Source: Malacoraja senta
Lineage: Eukaryota
Direction of reading: 5' to 3'
Length of the DNA stretch: 64,000 nt
Assembly (NCBI GenBank): GCA_038087875.1
Contig: CM075978.1
Coordinates: 162,688,001 to 162,752,000, forward strand
A program made the translations under genes and the position numbers. The stretch's first letter is position 1; the number at the start of each line of letters is the position of its first letter. The notes below the pieces were generated by a model that made no database searches, was not told where the DNA came from, and worked only from the letters and a program-made list of their open reading frames with translations. This document shows positions 37,110 through 51,000 of this stretch, in pieces.

Positions 37110-38890
37110 TTATATGTATTAGTATTGGTTTATTATTGCCAAGCATACCATGACGCAGTGTAAAACGTTGTTTTGCGTGCGATCTAGGAAATCATGCTGT
37201 ACATGAATACATCAGGTAGTGCAAAAGAGAAAGTAAACAGAGTGGAAAATATTGAGCTACAGAAAAAGTGCTGGTAAAAAAGTGCAGTGGCTCAACGCGG
37301 AGGATCGTAAGATCAGAAAGTCATACTAGGCATGCGAGAGATTCATTCAAGAGTCTGATAACAGCAGGAAAGAAGCTGTTCTTGAATCTAGCGTATATGC
37401 TTTTGTACCTTCTGCCTGATGGGGAAGGGGAAAGAGAGAATGAGCAGAGAGTGAGTGGTTCTTGTTTATGTTGGTTGCTTCCCTGAGACAGTGTGAATTG
37501 TAAATGGAGTTGATGGGAGTGGTTAGGCTGGTTTGTGTGATGAGCTAGGCTAGATTCATAATTCTGCAAATTCTTGCAATCTGGGGCAGAACAGTTGGCA
37601 TGCATCATCACAGGGTGCTGTCTATAGTGTATCTGTAGAAATTGGTAAGAGTCTTTGGAGACGTACAGATTTTCATTAGTCTTCTGAGAAAGCAGAGGTG
37701 TTGGTGTGTTTTCTTGCCTCTCACATCTATGTGGTTGGACCCAGGACAAATCCTTGGTGATATTTACACCTCGGATCTTAAAGCTCTCGACCATCTCTAC
37801 TTCAGTACTATTGTTGCAGACTTGGCCATGTACTCCACTGTGCTTCATGAGGTCAATCACCAGCCTCTTCATTTCCCTGAGATTGAGGGAGAGGTTGTTT
37901 GCTTGGCTCAATACTACTAAGATCTCTATCTCCTTCCTGTACTCCACCTCATCATTCTTTGAGAAACGATCAACATCACTGGTGTCATCTGCAAACTTGA
38001 AAAGGGAGTTGGAGCAGAATTAAGCTCTTAGTCATGAGTATATAGGGAGTAAGGGAAGAACACAGCTTCCTGGGGCACAGGTGTTGAGAATTATTGGATA
38101 GGTTGTTTGTTGCCTATCCTTACTGATTATGGTCCATAGATCAGGAAGTCAATGATCCAGTTTAGTTTAGTTTAGTTTAGAGATACAGCATGGACAAGCG
38201 ATCCCCGCACATTTACATGAGGAACATTTTTTTAAAACGTTTTATACTAAGCCTACAAACCTGTACATCTTTGGCGTTTGGGAGGAAACCGAAGATCTTA
38301 GAGAAAACCCACACAGGTCACGGGGAGAACATACAAACTCCGTACAGACAAGCACCCATAGTCAGGATCGAACCCAGGTCTCTGGTGCTGTAAAGCAGTA
38401 GCTCTACCGCTGCGCCACCATGCCACCAGTAGCAGAGGGAGCTGCTGAAACCTAGGCTAAGGTGTTTGGAGATGAGTTTAGATGGAATTATGGTATTGAA
38501 TGTGGATCTATAGTCAGTAAATGTGCGTCTGATGCATGCATATTTGTTATCCTGGTGTTCCAGGGATGAGTGTAGTTACAGGGAAATTGTGTCTGTCATG
38601 GTATATGTGAATCGCAGCAGATCAAGGCTGCCTGGGGGGCTGGTTGATGTGTGCCATGCCCAGCCTTTCAAAGCACTTCTTGATGGTGGATATCAAAGCC
38701 ACCAGGCAGTAGGGGATCTACTTAAGAAGGTGGAAACCTCAGTATGGTGTAGGGAGAGGTTAAATCTGGGGACTCCACCCAGGCCATTTGTTTTGTGTAA
38801 GTTCACTCTCAGGAAGGCCAATATAATGTCTGTGATGGTAATCATGGGTACAGGCACACCCAAGGCTGTCAGGGCATGTAATGTCATTCC
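37110..38890 (-). mobile_element. Decayed Rex1/Babar-clade LINE (RT region and 3' end)
   Basis: KFADDT at about 37980-37997. YRKEIE...NNLSLN...VEMVESFK...DLSW and PSGRRYKSI...FKNSFFPAVIRLLN are Rex1-type motifs. Frameshifted. Confidence 0.88.
38162..38425 (-). mobile_element. HE1-like V-SINE nested in the Rex1 LINE
   Basis: Intact A/B boxes, (taaac)n tail, TSD ccagt at 38157-38161 and 38426-38430. Confidence 0.93.
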
Positions 38891-41704
38891 ATACATATGT
38901 CAAGAATATACTATATTTAGATTATTCTACTGATAATTGGTATAACATTTAGTTGATCTGAACAATGCTTCAAAAGATTGGCATATGGATAATGTTTGAG
39001 ATCATTTTCATATTTACCATCATCTTGAAACAACGCTACTCAATCATTACATCACGCAGAAGGGTGATCATATATCTCAATATCATTGTGCTTTCTACCA
39101 AAAAAAAAATCAACAGAAATATCAGGGAAGGATTAAAATTATTAACGTATTTCCCATCAATTTCCCCAAACATTAGCAAATCATAATCACATTTTATGAT
39201 CTTGCATTTCAGACTACTATGGGATTGCATTAGCGAAGAAATTCAAGGTTTAATTGGAAGAGATATGAGAATTTAGGCAACGCTATTAAACATAAAAGGC
39301 AAATGAGAGGAGTGATTATTGTAGTTAATTAGAAAATGTAAAACAGATTTACATTGACAAACATATACTGATGTAAGAATTGTCAAATTTTGCAGCCAAA
39401 TGATTTTGATTGAAACATAATAAATTGATTACTAGATTATTATTAACAATTATGCTTCAGAACAGTGTGAAACAAAATTAGGCAAGATTTCATTGTCCTA
39501 CTCAAAAAACAATGGGGGGGGGGGGGGGTTTAATACAAGAATATTGGCTGATTGGACCTTGTTTAAATTATTACAAATTAATTTACCTGCCAAAAAAGCT
39601 TCATAAAACTGATATCGCTTTATATATACAGGGGATATAGAGCCAACTTACTCTATATTGTATAAAAACCAAATCACTATATTTTTGTTTTTTTATGTGT
39701 AAAAGCCCGTCCAGGCATTTTGTAATTAACACACCCAGCATTTACTCTAAGCATGATTCACCTTTTTTTTTTAATCACAGAAAGGCAAAGTGCATGCCAC
39801 AATGACCCTGAACAATCATGTAATCAATTTTAAAAATATTCACAAGTGCCTTTTAGGATACCGTAGATGGATAATAATATGCAACACCACTAATGCTCAA
39901 AGGATAGGTCCATGAGAATAAAATGAAATTAGGGAAAATGTGATGTTATTGGAGCGCTGTTCACATCTAGACCAGGGATTGGGATAAGGACGAAGTTAAT
40001 TGCATTTCCAGATGACAAACCGCTCACCTCAGAACTGAATGGCTCTTTATGAAAGCTATCAGTAATAAACTGTAAATCTCAGCTATGATTGCAAATAAAG
40101 GTCATGCCCCTTGTGCTGCTGATGTCCCTGTCTTATTATATTCCCCAGATCCTTTCCAGTCCTTAAGGTGCCTAAGCTCAAAAAAGCAATCAACACTGAA
40201 AATATTTTTCCCCCCCTTTTTTTCTCGTGACACCCATCCCCATACTTTGATAATCATAAACGTCTCATCTACAAAACAACAGGAATTTTGATCCTTGGGA
40301 GAAAATCACTGCTTAACCCTCACATGCCAAGCAGGTAAAAGATTCCGTCAAAAGCAGCTTCCTGGCTAAATTGAAATGCATAGTTCATGTACCCCATGCC
40401 TCGTTCAACTGATTTTAAAAACGCTTTCAGTTTTCCAATTTGAATCATTTAACACAGGGAATAGAATCACACCGATGTGGTATTCAACGTGCGTTTGTAG
40501 TGCAAGTTATAGAATAAGTTACAGGTAGTTTTGTTGCAATATAATTTTATTATGCAGTAAATCTGATAGGTTTTCGGGGGTCTTACAGCTCTTGATTGAT
40601 GCATTGTCTTCTTCTGGAATCACAACAAGAAGCAACTTAGTAAATGGACCTTCCCGCGACCGCTTTGTGCAGACCACGGCTGTAAATTATTGGAGTAACA
40701 TCCAACATTGTGCCCGTGATGAATTTTGGCAGGATAGTTATAAAAACGTCATATGTCAAAAAGAGCGGGGGAGGCAATCAGATAAGAGGAATGGGAAAGT
40801 GGGGGGCTGGGGAAAGTGCCATAGCAATCACAGGTGCATAAGATGTGTCCAATGTCGAAACCCGCTCGAAAACGCTTACCTGAAATGCGACGCTTTCCTG
40901 TTTTGATTTTCTTTTTTAATGTCCCCCCCACCCCCCGTCTATAATGAGGCCCTTTTTTTTTGCCAAAATTACCATGTAAATCAAAGTGATGTGTAAGATG
41001 CAATTTGTAAATCTAACAATTGATTACAAATTCTGTTGCAGGCTTTTCCTACCTCCACAAATCAAAGGTTAATTACTTATTTGGATAGTGGATTATTATT
41101 TAAATTAGAGAGGTTGTGTTACTACATATATTAATGGAAAAATAAATGTGAGGGTGTCCAGGGTGTTATTTTATCGTTACAAATCATAGAATATAACACT
41201 AGGTTTTTTTCTTCTTCAGCCCTTCTCACTTTTAAAACTGTGCATCCAAATCAATGTAATGTCACTGTACAGTACAAAAGTGTTTTCAAAAATAGTATTT
41301 CCATTAACAAAACGATTTTGTGCTTGACTTTGTGATTTCTAGGTTGAAATTATTTTTTTAACAGAGGTTGCTATCTTCCTCATAATAGACCCTTCTGTAA
41401 TAGCTAATGAAGGTAATGAAATATGACATGCAGTTTGGCCCTTGACCATGGATTGCTCCCCCTCCCTCAGTATCTTGAACAAAGCCAAAACAGATGTAGC
41501 TACTTTGTGGTTTAGCATTGACGTATGCTGTTAGACCAGGTCATTAGGTTCCCAGATATTAAAATCTGCACTCTGCAAATGTGCAATTCTCTGATTTAAC
41601 AAGAGACTGTCCCGAATGTTTCTCAATACAGAGGAAAATCAAGTTAATGACATGTCATGGCAGAATCGAGAGGCCACTAATGATGTTCAATTCCAAAGGT
41701 TCGT

Positions 41705-42045
41705 TATTAACAGGATAGATACGGAGAGACGATATCTTCTAGCTGGAGAGTTTGGAACTAGGAGGTATGGTCTCTGGATAAGGGGTCAGTCATTTAGGTA
41801 CGAGATGAGGAGAAATTTCTTTATGAAGAGAGTGATAAATCTTTTTGAATTCTCCAGCTCAAACACAGCAGATGCTCAGTCACTGGGTATATTCAAGGGC
41901 GATACAGATAGATTTTTTGGACACTGTGGTATTCCGAGGACAAGGATATTCAGCAGAAAAACGGACTCGAGCCACAGGTTCAGCAATGATCGTACAGTGA
42001 TGGAGCGGCTCAAAGGCCATGTGGACCACTGCTGCTCCTGTTTTT
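41705..42045 (+). mobile_element. Old CR1 3' fragment
   Basis: TRRYGLWIRGQSFRYEMRRNFFMKRVINL is a degenerate CR1 C-terminus. Confidence 0.8.
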
Positions 42046-45000
42046 AGATTCAAACACAGTTGTCCTGTCGACTCAAAATTGCTTGAGTGCGTGCCGCATC
42101 GACAATAAAAGATATCATTAAGAAACGATTACAGTACTTCCCTGATAATATGCAAGACTTGTGATTAAAAAAAACCACAGAAGCTTCCATGTTTTAGCAC
42201 CTTTTCATTTCTTTTAGCAATGAAGCTCAGATGTGCTATTATGCACTGGGATGCGAATAAAATAACATGGTCTTACATGCTATTGTCCATGCAGCTATGT
42301 GGGATTCTGCATTCGCTTGTTCTCTCGCCATGTACACGACACATCTCATAAATAAATTATGATAAGACATTGCATGGTAAACCATCAATTTACATTTTAC
42401 TAATTTAAACCGTACACCAAAGAGCAAATGGATACTTGCTTAAAGAATTTAATGCTGCTCTATGGATGACCACAAGGCAGATATAAGACAGATAGAGGAG
42501 TGTGAGACGTATAAATTATTTCATGTTTCTGTCACCTCCTCAGCTCCCGGTGCACAAGGCCACATTAAATTTATTCTTTCAAGTGCTTTTTGAGCCCTAG
42601 AAAGGCCAGAAATGAAATAATCAATCTATTAAATAAATCATTCCATGTGTTAGTGATTGACATTATTGCAAGAACATTGGAAAAAATCAGGATTTATTCT
42701 TTTTTGAAACTGTTTATAGCTAAAGAGATGATTTACTGATCTTAAAATGATGCATTATGAATGAAACCATAAGCAGGTTGAAAGGCATAGTGTAAATATG
42801 TGCAAGCATTTTTAAGTTACCCTGATACATACAGTGTTTCTGCAACGAAAATACCTTGGTACTGGCACAATGGTAACTAAATGTCGACTCATGGAATATG
42901 CCAACTTTTCTGCTTCCAGAAATTTTTTTTAAGCTTTATTTCAATTGTGGTCACTCTTATCTTAAAGATATTTTTTTGTCTGCTGCAATGAATGTTGTAT
43001 AAATAAGCTATTGAAATTCCCATCAGTCCCAGAATAGCAGAAAGCTTTTCAGTCAGTTTTACTTAATGGAACAGTTGAACACTGCGACTGTGTTATTAGA
43101 AACACAAGCTCTCGACCAAATTACATATTTTAGTGTTTGAATAAATTGTATTAATCATAACCACACTAAATATCGTGCATCCTGTGGCTGCCTTTTGAGG
43201 TAGTTTTAGCTTTTTACTGAAATATTCAGTAGGAAACAGTATATTAAGTTTACATTTTGATCCAGGCATCAGTGGTTATTCTTTTCCACAAATCCACCTC
43301 CAAAAGGAAAAAAAATCTAATTTAACCAGATTTTACTGTTCAATGTAATGAAAATAAAAATGATTGTGTTTATTAATTTTAACATTTTTTTCTCCACTTT
43401 TTTGAAATTATTGGTCACAGCAAATAAGATGAGATTGCTTTTTTGTAACGAGTGTAGTCTCTTGCCATTAAAGCATCACAATGGTAATAATGAGAACCCA
43501 AACCCCCACAAGCAGGCCTCAATCCCCAGAATTAAACATATTTCTGGCTGCTCAAATGTCAGTCTCACATCATTTGTAAAATACGCTGAAGGTTCAGGTT
43601 ACATTCCAATACCAACATTTTCCTTTTCTACTATTAAATGTTCCTTATTGAACGTCGAATCATCCTTTGCCTGAATAATTTCAGAAAACAAAATCATTTT
43701 GCTTTCCTATGGACATATTTGATATATTTGATTATGACCTGGTTTTGAATTCTGCATTCAGATCAGAATGTAGTAATGAAATAACGCTGCTGTGCAAGAT
43801 GTAAAAATAAGTAAATACATTGTCCCAAGGCCTGCAGCATAAGGAGCTGTACTATCAAAATATTAATTTTGTGATATATCGTTTAACGAAGTTCAAATGC
43901 AAAACATTACAGTTTAGCACATGAAGAATAAGAAAAAAAATGTGTGGACTGTAGTCCTGCGGGAATTATATTTGATAAATATTTGTAACCAACAACCATC
44001 CTTCCTCTTTTGGGCTCACACCGATGCTATATGAAATCAGACAAAAATGTGGCGGCATTGAGATGACAAATATATTTATTCTCTACTGGTGTTGCTGCTT
44101 TTACATGTTTAAGCTGTGGTTTACTGCATTTTTGAGTAGAAAATTGCCTGGTATTTAATGCCTCTGACCTGTAACCTGCACAACACACAATCTGCATCCA
44201 TCCTAATAGAAGCGTACATGATATTCTGGGAAGATATTCATTGTAAGCTTATGAGGAAAGTGAAGCTGTACAAACCCTTTAATAGCTACATATCAGAATG
44301 GAAACTTTGCTAACAGTGTAATGTATAACTGCATATTGCTAAGTGCCACAGTGGATAAACGAAAAAGCTGATATCAAAACTTACTTCTTCGGTACATCTT
44401 GTGTGCAGAATTTAAACCCTACTTCAATTATCAAATCAATTGTCACATATAATCTGATTTCTGAAATATATATAATTTTAACTCTTAACCTTAATCTATT
44501 GTTTTATATTTGAAAGCTTAACGGTTGTTTTTAGGAATCTCAGAATACACCTCTACAACAAGGATACTCTACAGCATTAGTAGCCTCGAGCAAACATCAG
44601 AGATAGTGTTAATCTGCATCTCACTGTGTAACATGGAGCCGTATGTGAAAGGAAAATGATACAAACTTGTTCCTTTGAAGGGAATACTGATTTGCCATGA
44701 ACCTCCTAAGCACATATCTGCATAAATAAATATATAAAATATATTTTGTGTTAATTCATTGCTTCTTCATACAATTTTATATTGCATAATGACCAATGCG
44801 AGTAGGAGAAAAGGTTTAGAAATCAAATCATGAAAACAGCCCTGAGGGTGGCACAAACTATTTCTAATTGTTTGCTTATTGACACCAATTTATCATGGGG
44901 CACTTACTGAATAAAGGTTTCTGCAATACATGACACTTCGTTATGTCAGTTTTTACCTCATGTTACAGCCCACATTTGAAAGAAGTGCTGAAAACTCTCA

Positions 45001-48000
45001 GACCAGAAATGAGCAGCCCTATTAAGATTTGAAAAGCTGTCATCTAAACTGAAAAGACTTGCGTCAGCCACAGAGGATATATTTTAACTGCCTGTCCACA
45101 AAACTTTAATAATGCTGTCTTGCTCTAATGTGTGCGAAAAAGACAATTTTACTTCTTCTATTAACCTGAAGTGATTACAATAGCTTGATGGTGTTGCCTT
45201 ATTTCATGGAATATTAAGTTCAAATTCTACTCACTGTAAGAACGATAAAAGTAACTCGTTGCTATATGCCCCCCAAATAGCCTCATGACACAAATATTTT
45301 ATTCTCCTTGCATGTCTATTGTAATCTAGGCCTATCCAAGGAATGAGATTTGTCAGATTAGCTTTAATAAATTTGGAACTGTGCATTTGTTTATTACTTG
45401 CATTTTCATATCAGATACCATATCTAATTCTTTTTTTGGCCAGCCACATATCAATGTTGTAAATATCTTACTTCATAATAGGGCATTACTTCAAATGAAA
45501 AGGACAGATACCACTTGTGTCATTGCATAGATTCATATCCAGTTCACAGTACCATAGCTTAGGATGCAGTGCATTTGCATTTTATTGGTAGCGTCACTGT
45601 GAACTATACGAATGCCGTTTTCACTGAGGAAGTCGGTATATAATAGATAAAATAAAGCTTCATGTTATTCATCATATGATAGAATGAAACTGTCATACGC
45701 ACAAGCAAAACTATATTGTTCCAGTGATCCTATGTGTAATAAAATGATGATTCAATATTTCTTTAATCTGTTACAAACATGCTTTGTTTCACAAGACTAA
45801 ATAGTTATTCAGTCTTTACAGAAAATGATAACGTTATTTGTACGAAACTCAGAATTCAACTATTATTATACCTGTGTTACAAACTCTAATTAGTCAGTCT
45901 CATTATTACTAATCTTCTTAGAAAAATACTAAAATTTGCAACACACAAAGTCTGTAACAGCGTGCTTTAAGCAAACAATTCACAGTAACAGACAGACAGA
46001 CAACACAAGCATACATTCCACCAGTTTTGTTTAATGCTGGAAAAATAATTCATAGACTGTATTTCAATTACTAAACAAAATGAATTGGCAAAAAATTAAG
46101 GGGAAAATCGAACAAATATAAGATTAATATAGAATTATGAAAACGACTGAAATACACAATGAAAGAGATAGAATGTGGTGGAATTCTTTGATGTCTGAAT
46201 TCCAATTATACCCCTGACTGAGTTCAAAGAAAAAAAATGAATAAGGTATATGTTAGAAGGCACTAGATGCATCTTTGGTCTCAGCACTGCGCCCTCTTTA
46301 TGGTCATTCCCTTACGATTCCCGTGATGGAATTCTTCCTCCAAATTCTCATATTTGATTCACTGGTTGACAAATAAAGACAAATGCTTTATCAGCTGTCA
46401 TTTTCTCTTCGCAGACCATTCACTGAATTCATGAGGAAAAAAATAAATGGAATGAATGAGACTGTCGCATGCAAGCTGCAGAATTTCCCTGCTAATTCAA
46501 ACGTGTGCAACAAAACATGAGCTTTTGAATACAATGCAATCTGCTGCATCGACTAAGAAAGATTTGCAGCTTCACCCACTGAAATAAAACATACATTTAC
46601 ACTAGAATTTGAAAATACATCTTTCTATCAACAGCACATTTTACATTTATTTAAAATCAAATTGAGCTAATAAATGTCTGATAACCTTAAAAAATATAAA
46701 TGCAACAAAGTAATAATTTCATAAATATGGCCCATATTGCATGATGAATATTAAAGGTTTCAAAAGAAATATTTCAGCAGTCATCGATTGCATTTAATTT
46801 TTTTTATACTCTATCGCTCTTTATCAGATTTTTTAAAAATATCATTCAAAATATAAATTTGTATGCAATATTAAATCTCAAGTGAATCTGGAGCTGACAG
46901 ATAATGACCACCTTTAGATGGCTTTTTCTTAACCTTTTTGTTAAATTTTCATCAAAGGCTTTTTTCTCTTTTTGCCATTTAATTACAGTTAATACCACAC
47001 TTATTAATAGAAGCAAAAAATGCAAATACACCAAAAGGATATATTTGTGTTGCATGCATTTATATCCTGCAAGACACAAATGTCAGTCCCTCCATTTTGT
47101 AAGTTGCTTCACTAGTGCAAATTAAATAAACTATTATTTAATGTCTTTTTTATTCAAAACCAGAGTCCATCTGTATATTTATTAAGATTCAAGGTAATGG
47201 TTATGTTGCATTTAAAAGAAACTTGCATCAAGTAGCAATGAAGTGTATCAGATTGGCATTTAACACAAAAGGTGATTACAGCAGCCAAGTTTGGTAAGCA
47301 GTAGAAATAAAACAGTATAAAATTGATAACAGGAGCATGCTTTTTACTTCAGACCGAAAGCAAGGCATGCTATAGAAATAATTTGTTGTTGAACAGGCCA
47401 ATTTCTATTCATATTAAGAATTGCCACAGAAAACTAACTGTAGGGTTATCTAGAATTTCTTACTTCAATGTGGAGACCAGAACATTAAAACGAGAACCGT
47501 AAGAAATAAATCATGTTCTAACGAATGGAAAAGTAAAATCCTTTTTTTGACTGCATCTTACAGCACCCATGCTGCACAGGCACTGTTTGAAATGATACGT
47601 GAACCAAAACAAAATTAACAGGAGCCTCAAACGTGAAACAATTATTCATTTTCTTATCTGATATTACATATTTTAGTGCGTTTATTTAGGAATAAATCAG
47701 TACATTAGGTGAATGTGAAAAATGTTAATCTAAATTCTACAAACCTACGTGTCACGACAAGCGTGTATGCTGCACTGAGCATAACAAGACGAAAGGGGTT
47801 ATTGACACACTGTTGTCTCAAACCACTCTGAATACATTTCACATTTCATCAGTTTTGTCTTTTCTGCCACGGGTGAAGGCGATCAGAGCAGACACCCATT
47901 AGATTTTTCATACAATTTTTTCGACACGTTGGCAGGATGATGGCAATTTTGAAATCTTACCAAATGAGAAAATGTCAAAAATTGAACTGACATCAATAGG

Positions 48001-51000
48001 CGTCAAGGAGACAATGCGATCTAAAAATATAAAGCTTGCTTAATTCAAAAGTAATCAACATTTTGTTTTACAACAGTAAGGAAAAACAAGAGCTTATTTT
48101 GAAAGGAAAGAGTTCATTCTTTAATTACCGGAACACACAAAATTAACCGAGCTTTCCTTTGTTTCATTTCCATGTGAGAAATATGAAGCTTCAAGGACTG
48201 TACATCCAAGCTCAATTTTAACAAAAACACTTGCATAAAGCACCAGACGTAAAAGGCATTCAACTGTGAGTCAAGCCTATGAAAAATATGAAATTTCATT
48301 AAAAAAATGAAAAGTAGAGTGTCATTTATGTATTACACTGAAAACCACTTCTATAAAATAGAGGGGCAGTAGTAACGAAAATGACATAGATTTTGAAAAG
48401 CAGCTCAATTAATTGAAGCCTGTAAAAAATATTGCATGAAAAATCTTTTTGAAGAGTTAATTTTTAAGAAAGTCAGCTCTACGAACCTGTCCCTGCACTT
48501 AAAAATTATCGTCCAATATACATATGCATCTAAGCATGCAACTACAAAATCTTTCAAGGATAATAGTCAAAAGATTCCTTTGTTTGCAGGAGTCAAATTT
48601 AAAATCCCTCTATATTTTTGCTATTTTAGAATCGCAACCAAAAAACCCCATTTAAAATCATGCAAACATGCCACTACAGTCACCAGATTTTAAGAACACT
48701 AAAAAATTACAAATATATCATTAGATTCCAATAAAAAACATCCTTTGTCTAAAAAGCTATCATTTTACACAATAGTGAGATACGTACAGCCTTAAAATCA
48801 AATGGTTTGATAAAGCAAAGACGATAGACTGCATTGCCATCTACAGGCAATACTGCATAAAAGCAGCCATTTCAAATTATAAACTCAAGTGTTTCAAATT
48901 AAATATTCTTTGCTTAAGAAATAAGGGTATGAGAAACAAACTTATAAGATATCAAATTTCTTCTGAGTATATTGTGTTATTTGGCTCTGAAATGTTTTAC
49001 TGAACCAAAATGATGAAGTATTTTTCTTCGCTTGAACCCTCTTGTCTTGGAAGTACAAAGCACGGAACACCATTGTTTCATTAAAAAAATTACTTTTGCA
49101 TCTGCAATCCACACAGTCTTACTATTTAGCGCATGTGATGCATTACCCAAGCGCACCGATTCATCTGAATTGTAAAAAGCTCATTCTGCAAAATTTTAGC
49201 TGTTCAGATTCAAAGATGGAATAATAATTAAATCCAAATTTCCGGACACATCGAAGGATCTTATGAATGCATGGTAACTTTCAATGAGAAAACCCAGGGT
49301 TAACAGAGTTAAATAATAATACTGTAACTGAGGAAGCCAAAAATGTTGTAGGAAGAGAAATCTGGAAGGTATTGAGCCGGGGTTGGCTGAGCCAGACTAG
49401 TAGTCAGTATTAATTTCCTTTCAGTTATTTTTACGTAGTACCATTTTTGTAGTCAAGAAAAGGCCTACCCTGAGCTATTTCATGGTAATACAGAAATCAC
49501 GGTCATGGAAAGGAGAGTGACTACCAGTGTATAATATGCACTGAGTTTAATAAAACTCAAAAGCTATAGTATACATTAATGATCCAGGAAGTCACCTCTT
49601 CTGCTACATCCATCATCTACCCAAGAAAATGAAGTCTTTGACAGCATTATGGAATTACTTCTGATCTTGTCAGTAATTTGCAGTTTATAATTAATATAAT
49701 AAAAATCTGCATGAAAACTGTGCACACTAAGGCTTGTGACTTTTTTTACAGTCATATTAACAGAAAATTACTGTACACTCCATACATCGTTCACAGATAA
49801 GGCCCTCTTCAACATATACTAAACATGCAAATCCATGGAATAAAGCTCCTGGAATGGTGGATTTCAGGTGGCATTATATTAAAAGATCCAATTAAATGAA
49901 ATATTCATCCAAAATGTATGTTTCATTAATGCAAAGCTAATGAGTGCATTTGATTATTTTTGTAAATAAGCATGCAATAAAAGGTTTGCTGCAAATATGT
50001 AGCGTGTTACAACGGACAAGTGTAGAATGTGTACTTAAGTTCCTTCACATTTGTACTGCATTTACTACTTTATTTCTCTTCATTATGTTTGAACAATTCT
50101 ACATTTTCTCTTTTCCATGTTGTAACATCACAATTTCTGATTAGATATCATGGTGTAATATTAATCTTCAATTCCCTGTTCTTAGTTTATTCTGCAGTTA
50201 CAATAATAATGAATGTTTCCATGAATGACCTTTGGTAAATAATTTGTGGCATTTCAGTTTTTATTACGAGTAAAAATTAGAACAAATAATTAGCAATTCA
50301 TACAGGAGTTGCAGCTTATATTCAATCCCTTTCTCATAGATAACATTGCAATCATATTTTTAGTAAAGACCCAGGAATAAGGCGTAAAAGTAAAGCAAAA
50401 TCTAGCTTCTAAATTATTGAGCAAATTATCAATATAAAGCGTCTACTTTGAATCAAACATTAACTAAAACATCTACTTTAGCCAAAGAGAATATGAGCAA
50501 ATACTGCTTGGTTTTATGCACATATATGCTATTTAGTAAAAATGGTACTGCCATTTTTTTTAACTGCAACATTTAAAGTACTGATTAGAATTTATTGGAA
50601 ATGTCAGTAACTTAAATAATAGATTAAATTTATAAAGAAAGTAATGATGAGTATTAATATTTTGTTAATAACAAGTCAATGCTTGGTTTAACCTTAAAAG
50701 GAAACCACTAAAATCTTTTGTTAAATGCAAACTTTCTAAAATACTGTATTTAAGTTAATGCTTCCCCATTTGGGTCCTGATTAAAATAGGGATATAAGTG
50801 ATAATTTGGTGATATAAGTTGCTAAATTTCAGTTAGTTTGTGGTAATTCAGAATTCTGATCTGCTTTATATTTTTTCTTTTTTATTATCTGTGCTGTATT
50901 TCCACGGGAAAATGTGGATAAAAATGGCCATCATCGTATATGGGCTCACAATGAAAACAAAACTATAAAATGTGTAGATTATGCTGCATAACAATTATCC

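Noticed and set aside
39514-39528. Poly-G run, and similar G/C/A homopolymers elsewhere
   Set aside because: Simple sequence with no supporting context.
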